From Mobula hypostoma (lineage: Eukaryota): a stretch of 64,000 bases of DNA. The notes below the pieces were generated by a model, which had not been told where the DNA came from, did no database searches, and saw nothing but the letters and a program-made list of their open reading frames with translations. This document shows positions 1-11,323 of this stretch, piece by piece. The stretch covers positions 107,696,001-107,760,000 of the forward strand of contig NC_086108.1 of NCBI RefSeq assembly GCF_963921235.1. The letters are read 5' to 3'. A program made the position numbers and the translations under genes. How positions within the stretch are numbered: position 1 is the first letter of the stretch; each line of letters starts with the position of its first letter.

Positions 1-165
1 GATGATAGGCTCTTGATTAGTCAGGGCATGAATGGATACGGGGAGAAGGCAGGAGACTGGGGCTGAGAGGAGAAATAGATCGGCGGTGATGAAATGGCAG
101 AGCAGACCCAATGGTCCAAATGGCCTAATACAGCTCCTATATCTTTCTGGTCTTATTATCTTATG
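1..165 (+). mobile_element. CR1 LINE 3' end fragment
   Basis: CR1 3'UTR motif (aaatggcctaat...ctcctatatct...tcttatg), shared with the CR1 ends at about 8500, 22050 and 50490. Confidence 0.8.
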
Positions 166-199
166 TAACATTATCACAGAGTTATAGAGTCATAGAACA

Positions 200-583
200 C
201 TCATCATCATCATTATTCTGTGCTGTGTCATATGACGTGGGAGATCATGGTCTTTTCATGACCATGATTGTTCTTGGCAAATTTTTTCAACAGAAGTGGT
301 TTGCCATTTCCTTCTTTTGGGCAGGGGATGGTGACCCCAGCCATGATCAACATTCTTCAGGGATTGTCTGCCTGGCATCAGTGTTCACATAACCAGGACT
401 TGTGATACACAGCACCTGGTCCCATTGCTTCATGGGACCCTGATTGGGGTGGCGGAGAGGGGCGGGGGGTACGGTGGGGAGCTAAGCAGGTGCAACACCT
501 TGCCCAAGGGAGACCTTCAGGCTAACAGAGAAAGGAGTGACTTACACCTCCTTTGGTAGAGACGTATTACCCCAATGCCACCC
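200..583 (-). mobile_element. Short non-autonomous retroposon with RTE-like tail, copy 1
   Basis: Reverse complement aligns with 1017-1340; contains the RTE/BovB-type aagaagg(c/a)aatggcaaaccact motif and a (gat)n tail. Confidence 0.65.
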
Positions 584-1016
584 ACATAGAGCCCTACAGC
601 ACAGAAACAGGCCCATTGGCCCATCCAGTCCGTGCCAGCCTGGGTTCTGCCTTGTCCCATCAAGGTACACCCGGACCACAGCCCTCCACACCCCTCCCAT
701 CCAGGTACCTATCCAAACTTCAATCATGCATTGCAATCAAACCTGCATGCACCACTTCCTGTGGCAGCTCATTTCACACTTCTGAAAGAAGTAGTTCCCC
801 CTCATGTTACCCTGAAATATTACACCTTTCACCTTTAACTCATGACCTCTAGATCTAGTTCTGATCAGTTTTAATCAGATTGTAAATAAGTAGCTTGAGA
901 GCTTTTGAGTGGGCAGGTGCTATTGTGCTGATGATAATTTGGTAAATTAGTTTATTATTATCATGTATACTGAGATACAGTGATAAACTTTGTTTTGCAT
1001 ACCATCCATGTAGATG

Positions 1017-1340
1017 AGGGTGGCAGAGTGGAGATACGTCTCTACCAGAGGAGGTGTAAGGTGTTCTTTCCCTTCTCTAGCCTGCAGGTCACCCTTGGGC
1101 AAGGCATAGCACCTGCTTAGCCCCCCAGACAGGGTCACGTGAAGCCATGGGATCAGGTGGTGGTTAGTCGAATGAGCATATCACAAGTCCTGGTTATGCG
1201 ACCACTGAAGAGCATTGACAATGGCTAGGGTCACACACCTTGTAAAGACACTGCCCAGAAGAAGGCAATGGCAAACCACTTTGTAGAAAAAAACCGCCAA
1301 GAACAATCATGGTCACGGAAAGCCCATGGCAACACACACG
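1017..1340 (+). mobile_element. Short non-autonomous retroposon with RTE-like tail, copy 2
   Basis: gggtggcagagtggagatacgtctctacc...aagaaggcaatggcaaaccact; inverted relative to copy 1. Confidence 0.65.
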
Positions 1341-1777
1341 AAATGCTGGTCTACAGTTCAGGCTGAGACCCTTCATCAAAGACGTACTGACTACTAGGTT
1401 AATTGGTCATTGTACGTTGACCTGTCAATAGGCTAGGGCTAAATTGGAGGGTTAGAGGGCACACAGCTCGGTGGGCTGAAAGGACCTGTCCTACACGCCA
1501 TCTCAAATTAATAAATAAATACGTCTTTGACGATGGATGCCGTCGTCTTGAGGCAGCAACTCCTGGAGAAACTACCGATGGTTTTGCAGGCTATACTCAT
1601 GACTTACTAAACTGAGTCTGCTACTCTCTGAGGCTTCATGGGTTCTGTCGTACCACACCATGATGCAACACGTTCTCCCTCGATCATGTGGCTTTTCCCT
1701 GGACCTAATGTAAATGGGTGGTTGATGATCAGCGTTGACTCAGTAGGTCAAAGGGCCTTTTTCCATGCTGTATGATT

Positions 1778-1912
1778 CAGACATCCCACCTCTCCCAGAA
1801 GTTCCGGGAGTCTCCTGCAAATTAATAGCGGCTCCCTGATGCCCACAAATTATATACAATATCACGGAAATCGATTTTTTTGAGAGCGAGCGAGGGAGAG
1901 AGAGCAAGAGAG

Positions 1913-1947
<35 letters not shown>

Positions 1948-2343
1948 AAGCAAGAGAGCGAGTGCGAGAGAGACCACAAGAGAGAGAGCATGCCATGGCA
2001 GAGTGTTCCAAAAAATATATAAAACGTACATCACCCCAGACTACCCTAAAGTGTACCCCTGCCTAATAGGGGTCAAAAATAATGACAGTGTTGCTCGCTG
2101 CACTATTTGCAACAGTGACTTTTCTATTGCCCATGGTGGGTTAAGACTGTAAAAGACATGTTAGGGTGAGTTTAATGGGTGTCATTCGTTCATTAGCATA
2201 GCTAATGTTATTTAAACTAGCTGGCTAGCTGCTAAGGAGCTACTCTATTGCAGACATCCCACCTCTCTGGGAAGTTCCAGGAGTCTCCCACAAATTGATG
2301 GTGTTACCTCCCTGAAATGAGTTTGTGCAGGGTGGGATGTCTG
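1778..2343 (+). mobile_element. Non-autonomous hAT-like DNA transposon, copy 1
   Basis: 13-bp TIR CAGACATCCCACC/GGTGGGATGTCTG, 6-bp TSD ATGATT, ATG at 1995 followed by a BED-finger-like remnant (CTICNSDFSIAHGG..CKRH), internal (GA)n. Confidence 0.85.
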
Positions 2344-2359
2344 ATGATTCCATGATACC

Positions 2360-2885
2360 TCGTGATCTTAGGGTCATTGAATTTACGAGATTAATTCTGG
2401 GAATGAAAGGGTTAATATATGAGGAGCATTTGATGGCTCTGGGTCTGTACGCACTGGAATTTAGAAGAATGAGGGAGGAATCTCATTGAAACCTATCAAA
2501 TATTGGAAGTCCTAGATAGAGTGGGTGTGGAGAGGATGTTTCCTTTAGTGGGGGAGTCTAGAACCAGATGGAACAGCCTCAGAATAGAGGATCATCCATT
2601 TAGAACAGAGATGAGGTAGAATTTATCTAGCTAGAGAGTACTGAATCTGTGAAATTCATTGCCACAGATGGCTGTGGAGGCCAGGTCACCTCATCTCTGT
2701 TCGAAATGGATGTCCCTGTATATTTAAGGCAGAGGTTGATAGGTTCTTGATTAGTAAGGGTGTCAAAGGTTACAGGGAGAAGGCAGGAGAGTGGAGGTTG
2801 TGAGGGATAATGAAGCAGCCATGATGGAATAGCAGAGCAGACCTGATGCGCCAAATTGCCGAATTCTGCTCCCAATATGGTCTCA
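2360..2885 (+). mobile_element. CR1 ORF2 C-terminus and 3'UTR fragment
   Basis: Decayed match to 8090-8540 (ctggaatttagaagaatgagg, gaatctgtgaaattcattgccacag). Confidence 0.8.
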
Positions 2886-3009
2886 TCTACTTCTGCTCAA
2901 TAAGTGTTCAATAAATAATATGACCTCAAGCAGTCAATGAGATTCAGCTTTCCAGATATTGACGGATGATGCTTAAGAACATTTGAGGTAGCTCCTTCAC
3001 CATCTTTCA

Positions 3010-3700
3010 GAACCAGAATCAGAATCAGGTTTATAATCACTGACATATGTCATGAAATCTCTTGTTCTGTGGCAGCAGTTCAGTACAATATATAAATAGT
3101 ATGGTAAGTTATAGCAAGAAATAAAAAAAAATAAATAAGTAGAGAAAAAGGAGAGTGAAAAAGTGAGGTAGTGTTCCTGGGTTCCTTGTCCATTCAGAAA
3201 TCTGACAGCGGAGTGGATGCAGGTGTTCCTGAAATGTTGTGTGTGTGTTTTCAGGCTCCTATACCCTTCCTCCTTGATGGTAGCAATGAGAAGAGAGCAT
3301 GTTCTGGATGACGGGATGATGCATCGCCTTTTGAAGATGTCAATTTTGAAGATCCTTGATGCTTAAGATCATCATCGTCCAGGACACGCACCCCCCCCCC
3401 CCGCCCCTAGCAGGTCATGCTCCCTTTTTGCTGCTGCCATCAGGAATGAGGTACATGTCCCACGCTACCAGGTTCAGGAACAGATGTTGCCCCTCAACCA
3501 TCAGGCTCCTGAACCTGCGTGGATAACTTCACTCAAGGATTCTGCAACTCAAGTTCTTGGTACTATTTATTTGTTTGTTTGGTTGGTTGTTTTACTTTTG
3601 TCAGTCTGTTTGTGTGTAGCTTTTCATTGATTCTATCGTGATTCTTTGTTCGACTATGAATGCTTACGAGGAAACAAATCTCACCGCAGTATATGAGACA
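3010..3700. mobile_element. Rex/Babar LINE 3' fragments in both orientations
   Basis: cagaatcagaatcaggtttat tail on the minus strand, then ggttcaggaacag...ccctcaaccatcaggctcctgaac on the plus strand, as in other Rex ends in the window. Confidence 0.65.
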
Positions 3701-4449
3701 TATTATCTGGCCGGTGGACTCTGAGGCGAGTGCTCCTGGGTTCAAATCCTACATGCTTTCTATCCGTGTTAGGCTGAGCATTGAGCTGGCAACTTGGTCT
3801 CATAAAAACAGAAACATGTTAAAGAAATAAGGTTGCCGCCTCTTGCGTCACAAGGTGCGGAAAGTTACAATAACAACGGTATGTATTTTGAGAATAAATT
3901 GCATTGAACTGGGAACTTTACAATTCCTACAAAGATTTACCACTGAAAGAATACTTATGAAGTGTTAATCCTTTTTAAAGTCTCTCTCTTCCTTTGCCTC
4001 CATCTATCATCATCCTCTGCTGTCTCCCAACTCCAGTGCTCTTCCCTCTCCTTCCTGGCATAATTTTCGTTATTTTTTTTCTCCAACGGCGTTCTGAGAG
4101 GCGGGACTGCGCAGGCGTGTGACGTCGGGCAGTGCAGCGCGGCAGATTTAAAAGGGCAGACATCCTGCTTCGGGTTTGATTCGAAGAAGGAGTCTGAGGG
4201 TCTGAGTGGGAGTGCCGAGAAAGACATTTTTGAAATTTTCGTTATTTTTTTTTCTCCAACGGCGTTCTGAGAGGCGGGACTGCGCAGGCGTGTGACGTCG
4301 GGCAGTGCAGCGCGGCAGATTTAAAAAGAACAAAGCCTCATAGAGCGGGCAGCGTAGTTTGCGGACGGCGGAGTGAGCTGGGAGCAGAGTGAAGACTTAA
4401 GGGCTTCCTCTCAACGGGCTTAGGCGGAAGCGGGCGAGGCGAGGAAGGT

Positions 4450-5433
4450 TTGACATTCATTTTCTGTTGTTATTTGAGGAGAGGGGAGAGGGGCATTCTG
4501 AGTGTGAGGGCAGTTTGCTGTTCTCGGTGTCGGATGTGGGAGGCCCTGGAGTCTCCAAGCCTCCCGGACGTCTACATCTGCGCCAAGTGCATCGAGATGC
4601 AGCTCCTAAGGGACCGCGTTACGGAACTGGAGCTGCAGCTCGTTGACCTTCGTCTGGTCAGGGAGAGCGAGGAGGTGATAGAGAGGAGTGGAAGGCAGGT
4701 GGTCACGCCGGGGCCACGGGAGGCAGACAAGTGGGTCACGGTTAGGAGGGGGAAGGGGAAAAGTCAGGTAATAGGGAGTACCCCGGTGGCTGTGCCCCTT
4801 AACAACAGGTACTCCTGTTTGAGTACTGTTGGGGGGGACAGCTTACCCGGGAGAAGCGACAGTGGCCGTGCCTCCGGCACAGAGTCTGGTCCTGTAGCTC
4901 AGAAGGGTAGGGAAAGGAAGAGGAGGGCAGTTGTGATAGGGGACTTGATAGTAAGGGGGGCAGATAGGCGATTCTGTGGATGCAGTCCAGAGACCCGGAT
5001 GGTAGTTTGCCTCCCTGGTGCCAGGGTCCGGGATATTTCTGATCGTGTCCAAGATATCCTGAAGTAGGAGGGTGAGGAGCCAGAGGTCGTAGTACATATA
5101 GGTACCAATGACATAGGTAGGAAAAGGGATGAGGTCCTGAAAGGAGAATATAGGGAGCTAGGAAGGGAGTTGAGAAAAAGGACCGCAAAGGTAGTAATCT
5201 CGGGATTACTGCCTGTGCCACGCGACAGTGAGAGTAGGAATGCGATGAGGTGGAGGATAAATGCGTGGCTGAGGGATTGGAGCAGGAGGCAGGGATTCAA
5301 GTTTTTGGATCATTGGGACCTCTTTTGGCACAGGCATGACCTGTACAAAAAGGACGGGTTACACTTGAATCCTAGGGGGACCAATATCCTGGCAGGGAGA
5401 TTAGCGGGGGCTACTGAGGTGACTTTAAACTAG
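4450..5433 (+). pseudogene. CR1 ORF1 (Zn-finger/leucine zipper plus SGNH esterase-like domain) with one in-frame stop
   Basis: CSRC..CAKC, LELQL zipper, VIGDLIVRG (GDS changed to GDL), VCLPGARV, HIGTND, DGLHLN; TAG at 5065-5067 with the same frame continuing to 5433. Confidence 0.88.
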
Positions 5434-5671
5434 AATGGTTGGGGGGTGGGAATCAAATTAAAGAGGCTAGGCGTGAGGAGGTTAGTTCACAACAGGGGGA
5501 AGGGAACCAGTGCAGAGAGACAGAGGGGTGTAAAGTGAGGGTAGAAGCAAAAAGTACTAAGGAGAAAGTAAAAGTGGCAGGCCGACAAATCCAGGGCAAG
5601 CATCAAAAAGGGCCACTTTTCAACATAATTGTATAAGGGCTAAGAGAGTTGTAAAAGAGCGCCTGAAGGCT

Positions 5672-8470
5672 TTGTGTGTCAATGCAAGGAGCATTCGTAA
5701 TAAGGTGGATGAATTGAAAGTGCAGATTGTTATTAATGATTATGATATAGTTGGGATCACAGAGACATGGCTCCAGGGTGACCAGGGATGGGAGCTCAAC
5801 GTTCAGGGATATTCAATATTCAGGAGGGATAGACATGAAGGAAGGAGAGGTGGGGTGACGTTGCTGGTTAAAGGAGAGATTAACGCAATAGAAAGGAAGG
5901 ACATAAGCCGGGAAGATGTGGAATCGATATGGGTAGAGCTGCGTAACACTAAGGGGCGGAAGACGCTGGTGGGAGTTGTGTACAGGTCACCTAACAGTAG
6001 TAGTGAGGTCGGAGATGGTATTAAACAGGAAATTAGAAATGTGTGCAATAAAGGAACAGCAGTTATAATGGGTGACTTCAATCTACATGTAGATTGGGTG
6101 AACCAAATTGGTAAAGGTGCTGAGGAAGAGGATTTCTTGGAATGTATGCGGGATGGTTTTTTGAACCAACATGTCGAGGAAGCAACTAGAGAGCAGGCTA
6201 TTCTGGACTGGGTTTTGAGCAATGAGGAAGGGTTAATTAGCGATCTTGTCGTGAGAGGCCCCTTGGGTAAGAGTGACCATAATATGGTGGAATTCTTCAT
6301 TAAGATGGAGAGTGACATAGTTAATTCAGAAACAAAGGTTCTGAACTTAAAGAGGGGTAACTTTGAAGGTATGAGACGTGAATTAGCTAAGATAGACTGG
6401 CAAATGACACTTAAAGGATTGACGGTGGATATGCAATGGCAAGCATTTAAAGGTTGCATGGATGAACTACAACAATTGTTCATCCCAGTTTGGCAAAAGA
6501 ATAAATCAAGGAAGGTAGTGCACCCATGGCTGACAAGAGAAATTAGGGATAGTATCAATTCCAAAGAAGAAGCATACAAATTAGCCAGAGAAAGTGGCTC
6601 ACCTGAGGACTGGGAGAAATTCAGAGTTCAGCAGAGGAGGACAAAGGGCTTAATTAGGAAGGGGAAAAAAGATTATGAGAGAAAACTGGCAGGGAACATA
6701 AAAACGGACTGTAAAAGCTTTTATAGATATGTAAAAAGGAAAAGACTGGTAAAGACAAATGTAGGTCCCCTGCAGACAGATACAGGTGAATTGATTATGG
6801 GGAGCAAGGACATGGCAGACCAATTGAATAATTACTTTGATTCTGTCTTCACTAAGGAGGACATAAATAATCTTCCAGAAATAGTAGGGGACAGAGGGTC
6901 CAGTGGGATGGAGGAACTGAGTGAAATACATGTTAGTAGGGAAGTGGTGTTAGGTAAATTGAAGGGATTGAAGGCAGATAAGTCCCCAGGGCCAGATGGT
7001 CTGCATCCTAGAGTGCTTAAGGAAGTAGCCCAAGAAATAGTGGATGCATTAGTGATAATTTTTCAAAACTCGTTAGATTCTGGACTAGTTCCTGAGGATT
7101 GGAGGGTGGCTAATGTAACCCCACTTTTTAAAAAAGGAGGGAGAGAGAAACCGGGGAATTGTAGACCGGTTAGCCTAACGTCGGTGGTGGGGAAACTGCT
7201 GGAGTCAGTTATCAAGGATGTGATAACAGCACATTTGGAAAGCGGTGAAATGATCGGACAAAGTCAGCATGGATTTGTGAAAGGAAAATCATGTCTGACG
7301 AATCTCATAGAATTTTTTGAGGATGTAACTAGTAGAGTGGATAGGGGAGAACCAGTGGATGTGGTATATTTGGATTTTCAAAAGGCTTTTGACAAGGTCC
7401 CACACAGGAGATTAGTGTGCAAACTTAAAGCACACGGTATTGGGGGTAAGGTATTGGTGTGGGTGGAGAATTGGTTCGCAGACAGGAAACAAAGAGTGGG
7501 AATAAACGGGACCTTTTCAGAATGGCAGGCGGTGACTAGTGGGGTACCGCAAGGCTCAGTGCTGGGACCCCAGTTGTTTACAATATATATTAATGACTTG
7601 GATGAGGGAATTAAATGCAGCATCTCCAAGTTTGCGGATGACGCGAAGCTGGGTGGCAGTGTTAGCTGTGAGGAGGATGCTAAGAGGATGCAGGGTGACT
7701 TGGATAGGTTGGGTGAGTGGGCAAATTCATGGCAGATGCAATTTAATGTGGATAAATGTGAAGTTATCCACTTTGGTGGCAAAAATAGGAAAACAGATTA
7801 TTATCTGAATGGTGGCCGATTAGGAAAAGGGGAGGTGCAACGAGACCTGGGTGTCATTATACACCAGTCATTGAAAGTGGGCATGCAGGTACAGCAGGCG
7901 GTGAAAAAGGCGAATGGTATGCTGGCATTTATAGCGAGAGGATTCGAGTACAGGAGCAGGGAGGTACTACTGCAGTTGTACAAGGCCTTGGTGAGACCAC
8001 ACCTGGAGTATTGTGTGCAGTTTTGGTCCCCTAATCTGAGGAAAGACATCCTTGCCATACAGGGAGTACAAAGAAGGTTCACCAGATTGATTCCTGGGAT
8101 GGCAGGACTTTCATATGAAGAAAGACTGGATGAACTGGGCTTGTACTCGTTGGAATTTAGAAGATTGAGGGGGGATCTGATTGAAACGTATAAGATCCTA
8201 AAGGGATTGGACAAGCTAGATGCAGGAAGATTGTTCCCGATGTTGGGGAAGTCCAGAACGAGGGGCCACAGTTTGAGGATAGAGGGGAAGTCTTTTAGGA
8301 CCGAGATGAGGAAAAACTTCTTCACACAGAGAGTGGTGAATCTGTGGAATTCTCTGCCACAGGAAACAGTTGAGGCCAGTTCATTGGCTATATTTAAGAG
8401 GGAGTTAGATATGGCCCTTGTGGCTACGGGGGTCAGGGGGTATGGAGGGAAGGCTGGGGCGGGGTTCTGA
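5672..8470 (+). CDS. CR1 ORF2: APE endonuclease plus reverse transcriptase (932 codons open)
   Basis: NARS, ITETW, GDFN, SDH (APE); PGPDG, RPVSLTS, YLDFQKAFDKV, GVPQGSVLGP, FADD (RT); LVRPHLEYC, NLWNSLP C-terminus; no ATG at the ORF start. Confidence 0.95.
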   Translation: MCVNARSIRNKVDELKVQIVINDYDIVGITETWLQGDQGWELNVQGYSIFRRDRHEGRRGGVTLLVKGEINAIERKDISREDVESIWVELRNTKGRKTLVGVVYRSPNSSSEVGDGIKQEIRNVCNKGTAVIMGDFNLHVDWVNQIGKGAEEEDFLECMRDGFLNQHVEEATREQAILDWVLSNEEGLISDLVVRGPLGKSDHNMVEFFIKMESDIVNSETKVLNLKRGNFEGMRRELAKIDWQMTLKGLTVDMQWQAFKGCMDELQQLFIPVWQKNKSRKVVHPWLTREIRDSINSKEEAYKLARESGSPEDWEKFRVQQRRTKGLIRKGKKDYERKLAGNIKTDCKSFYRYVKRKRLVKTNVGPLQTDTGELIMGSKDMADQLNNYFDSVFTKEDINNLPEIVGDRGSSGMEELSEIHVSREVVLGKLKGLKADKSPGPDGLHPRVLKEVAQEIVDALVIIFQNSLDSGLVPEDWRVANVTPLFKKGGREKPGNCRPVSLTSVVGKLLESVIKDVITAHLESGEMIGQSQHGFVKGKSCLTNLIEFFEDVTSRVDRGEPVDVVYLDFQKAFDKVPHRRLVCKLKAHGIGGKVLVWVENWFADRKQRVGINGTFSEWQAVTSGVPQGSVLGPQLFTIYINDLDEGIKCSISKFADDAKLGGSVSCEEDAKRMQGDLDRLGEWANSWQMQFNVDKCEVIHFGGKNRKTDYYLNGGRLGKGEVQRDLGVIIHQSLKVGMQVQQAVKKANGMLAFIARGFEYRSREVLLQLYKALVRPHLEYCVQFWSPNLRKDILAIQGVQRRFTRLIPGMAGLSYEERLDELGLYSLEFRRLRGDLIETYKILKGLDKLDAGRLFPMLGKSRTRGHSLRIEGKSFRTEMRKNFFTQRVVNLWNSLPQETVEASSLAIFKRELDMALVATGVRGYGGKAGAGF

Positions 8471-9281
8471 GTTGGAGGATCAGCCATGATCATAATAAAT
8501 GGCGGCGCAGGCTCGAAGGGCCAAATGGCCTACTCCTGCACCTATTTTCTATGTTTCTATAATCTGCTGGTGATCTTCCCCCTCTTCAGTGCACCACACC
8601 AATCACCTCATACCCCTGTCTCACCACTCCCCCCCTCACACTTCATTGTACTAGCCATCTTTCCTTTCTCAGTCCTGATGCAACATTTCGATGCAAAAAA
8701 TCAACTATTCCTTTCCTCCCCACAGATAGTGCTAGGATCACTGAGTTCCTTCAGCAGATTCTGTGTTGTTTCAAACTCCAGCATCTGCGGCCTACTTTGG
8801 CTCTTCGTTTATTTATTCATTCATTTATTTAGAGATACAGCATGGAAAAGGCCTTTCCAGCCCAACAAACTGAGCCACCCAGCAAACCATCTATTTACAG
8901 CACCTATAAAAACTCTTCACCCCCTTTGGAAGTTATTGTTTTACAACATTGAATCACAGTGGACTTAATTTGGCTTTTTGTGACACTGATCAACAGCAAA
9001 AGACTCTATTGTGTCAGAGTGAAAACAAATATCTGCAAAGTGATCTAAATTAATTACAAATATACAACAAAAAATTGATGGTGTGGCTATTCACCCCCCC
9101 CCCTTTAATATGACACTCCAAATCATCATTGGTGCAGCCAATTGGTTTCAGAAGTCACATAATTGGTTAAATGGAGATCACCTGTGGGTAGTCAAGGTGT
9201 TTCAATTGATTGTAGTAAAAATACACCTGTATCTGGAAAGTCCAATTGCTGGTGGGTCAGTATCCTGGTAAAAACTATACC

Positions 9282-10295
9282 ATGCAGACAAAAGAACACT
9301 CCAAGCAACTCTGCAAAAAATTTATTGCAAAGCATAAGTCAGGGGATGGATACAAGAAAATTTCCAAGTCACTGAATATCCCTCGGAGTACAGTTAAGTC
9401 AATCATCAAGAACTGGAAAGAATATGGCACAGCCGTAAATCTGCCTAGAGCAGGCCGTCCTTGAAAACTGAGAGACCGTACAAGAAGGGAACTAGTGATG
9501 GAGGCCACCAAGAGACTTATGACAACTCTGGAGGAGTTACAGGCTTTAGGGGCTGAGGTGGGAGAGGCTGCACTTACAATAGCTGTTGCTCGGGTGCTTC
9601 ACCAGTTGCAGATTTATGGAAGAATGGCAAAGAAAAAGCCACTATTGAAAAAAACTCGCATGAAATCTCAGCTAAGGGTTGCCAGAAGGCATGTGAGAGA
9701 CTCTGAAGTCAGCTGGAAGAAGGTTCTATGGTCTGATGAAACCAAAATTGAGTTTTGTGGCCGTCAGACTATACGTTATGTTTTGTGTGACACTGCACAT
9801 AATCAAAAACACACCATCCCTACCGTGAAGCATGGTGGTGGCTGCACCATGCTTTGGGGATGCTTCACTGCAGCAGGCCCTGGAAGGCTTGTGATGGTAG
9901 AGGGTAAAATGAATGCAGCAAGATACAGGGAAATCCTGGAGGAAAAATTGATGCAGTCTGCAAGAGAACTGTGACTTGAAGGAAGATTTATTTTCCGGCA
10001 AGACAATGACCCCAAGCATAAAGCCAAAGCTACACAGGAATGGCTTAAAAACAAGAAATTTAATGTCCTGGAGTGGCCAAGTCAGAGTCCAGACCTCAAT
10101 CCAATTGAGAATTTGTGGCTGAACTTGAAAAGGGTTGTTCACTCACAATCCCCATGCAATCTAATAGAGCTTGAGTAGTTTGTGAAGAAGAACGGGGAAA
10201 ACTTTGTGTCCAGATGTGCAAAGCTGATGGAGACCTATCTACAGAGACTCAAGGTTGTAATTTCTGCCACAGGTGTGTTTACTAAATACTTACTA
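9282..10295 (+). pseudogene. Tc1 DD34E transposase with stops and frameshifts
   Basis: MQTKEHS..GYKKISK..GRP* paired-like [27 protein letters not shown] motifs. Confidence 0.92.
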
Positions 10296-10312
10296 GAAGG
10301 GGTGAATAATTA

Positions 10313-11323
10313 CACTGGACAACAAATTTTTTTTCAAAAGTGTTGCTTCCTCAGAATTTTTTTTGTTTGATAGACAGCTTGAAGATGAACACAAATATAA
10401 TTTCAGACTACTTGTATCACGTAGGAATTTGGAGAAACAACAAATTAACTTTTATTGAATATAATGTGCTTAATTGCATAATGGTGCTGATGCTTTGCAA
10501 TAGTTCAACTAAGTTAAAAATATATTGTTAATGATTTTCATTTGTACTTGGTGTCTGAGGCTTCTTGCTTTAGTGTCCAATAATAATTTGCTAGCATTGA
10601 TGGATTCCAGTTGCCCTGGTATCTTTTCTCTATGTCCACAATATCTTGGTGAAACCTTTCACCATGCTCGTTACTAACAGTACCAAGATTTGCAGGGAAG
10701 AAGTCTAAATGGGAACGCAGAAAATGAATCTTTAGTGATATGTTGTATTTCATGGTTTTATGTGCTTGAAGCATGCTTTCAACCAGCTGCATGTAGATTG
10801 GTGCTCTATAGATGCCGAGAAAAATTTCAACAACTTCCATGAATGCCTTCCATGTGATTTTCTCCAATCCTACTAGAAATTCTTCAAATTGCCTATCATT
10901 GATGACCTGTCTGATTTACGGACAAACAAAAATGATTTCCTTAATCTTGGCATCAGTTATTCTGGGAAGCATCTGTCTCAAATATCAAAATCCTTCTTAG
11001 AAATTTTTGTGCCTGGTGATAGCAAATTCCATCCCTACAGTCCTGAACCCAATAATTATTTCTAAAACCTGTCCTGCCATGCAGCAGCTGCATCGCCTAA
11101 CCGTGCCCAAGCATGCCTGGACAAGATAGGAAACTTTCCAGTTCAGACATTGTAGGCAACACTTTAATTGACTTGAATTCTGAATTGAAATAACAAACAT
11201 AAGTGATTTTTTAAAAAATGGTGCGTGATAGGGAAATTTCATGGTGATTTTCATGATCAGTAGCCCAAAATTAATAAAATACACCTAAAGGTGTTCAGGA
11301 AGCAAAACCTTTGTTGTCCAGTG
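10313..11323 (-). mobile_element. Internally deleted Chapaev3 (CMC superfamily) DNA transposon
   Basis: TIR CACTGGACAACAAA/TTTGTTGTCCAGTG, TTA TSD, transposase remnant SLKIHFLRSHLDFFPANLGTVSNEHGERFHQDI...RYQGNW (10538-10995). Confidence 0.85.

Larger units (their letters stand above)
4062..8560 (+). mobile_element. Near-full-length CR1 LINE
   Basis: CpG-rich duplicated 5' region, ORF1, ORF2 and a 3'UTR ending ttctatgtttctat; possible ATAAT TSD or microhomology. Confidence 0.95.

Noticed and set aside
1016..1125. HDV-like fold (GAGGGTG/CACCCTT, GGGCAA, P4-like hairpin)
   Set aside because: No UCC-containing L3 or convincing P2, and the P1 pairing is not preserved in the copy at 480-585
5803..8493. 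Long antisense ORFs (258, 134 and 230 aa)
   Set aside because: Shadows of CR1 ORF2 with no independent motifs
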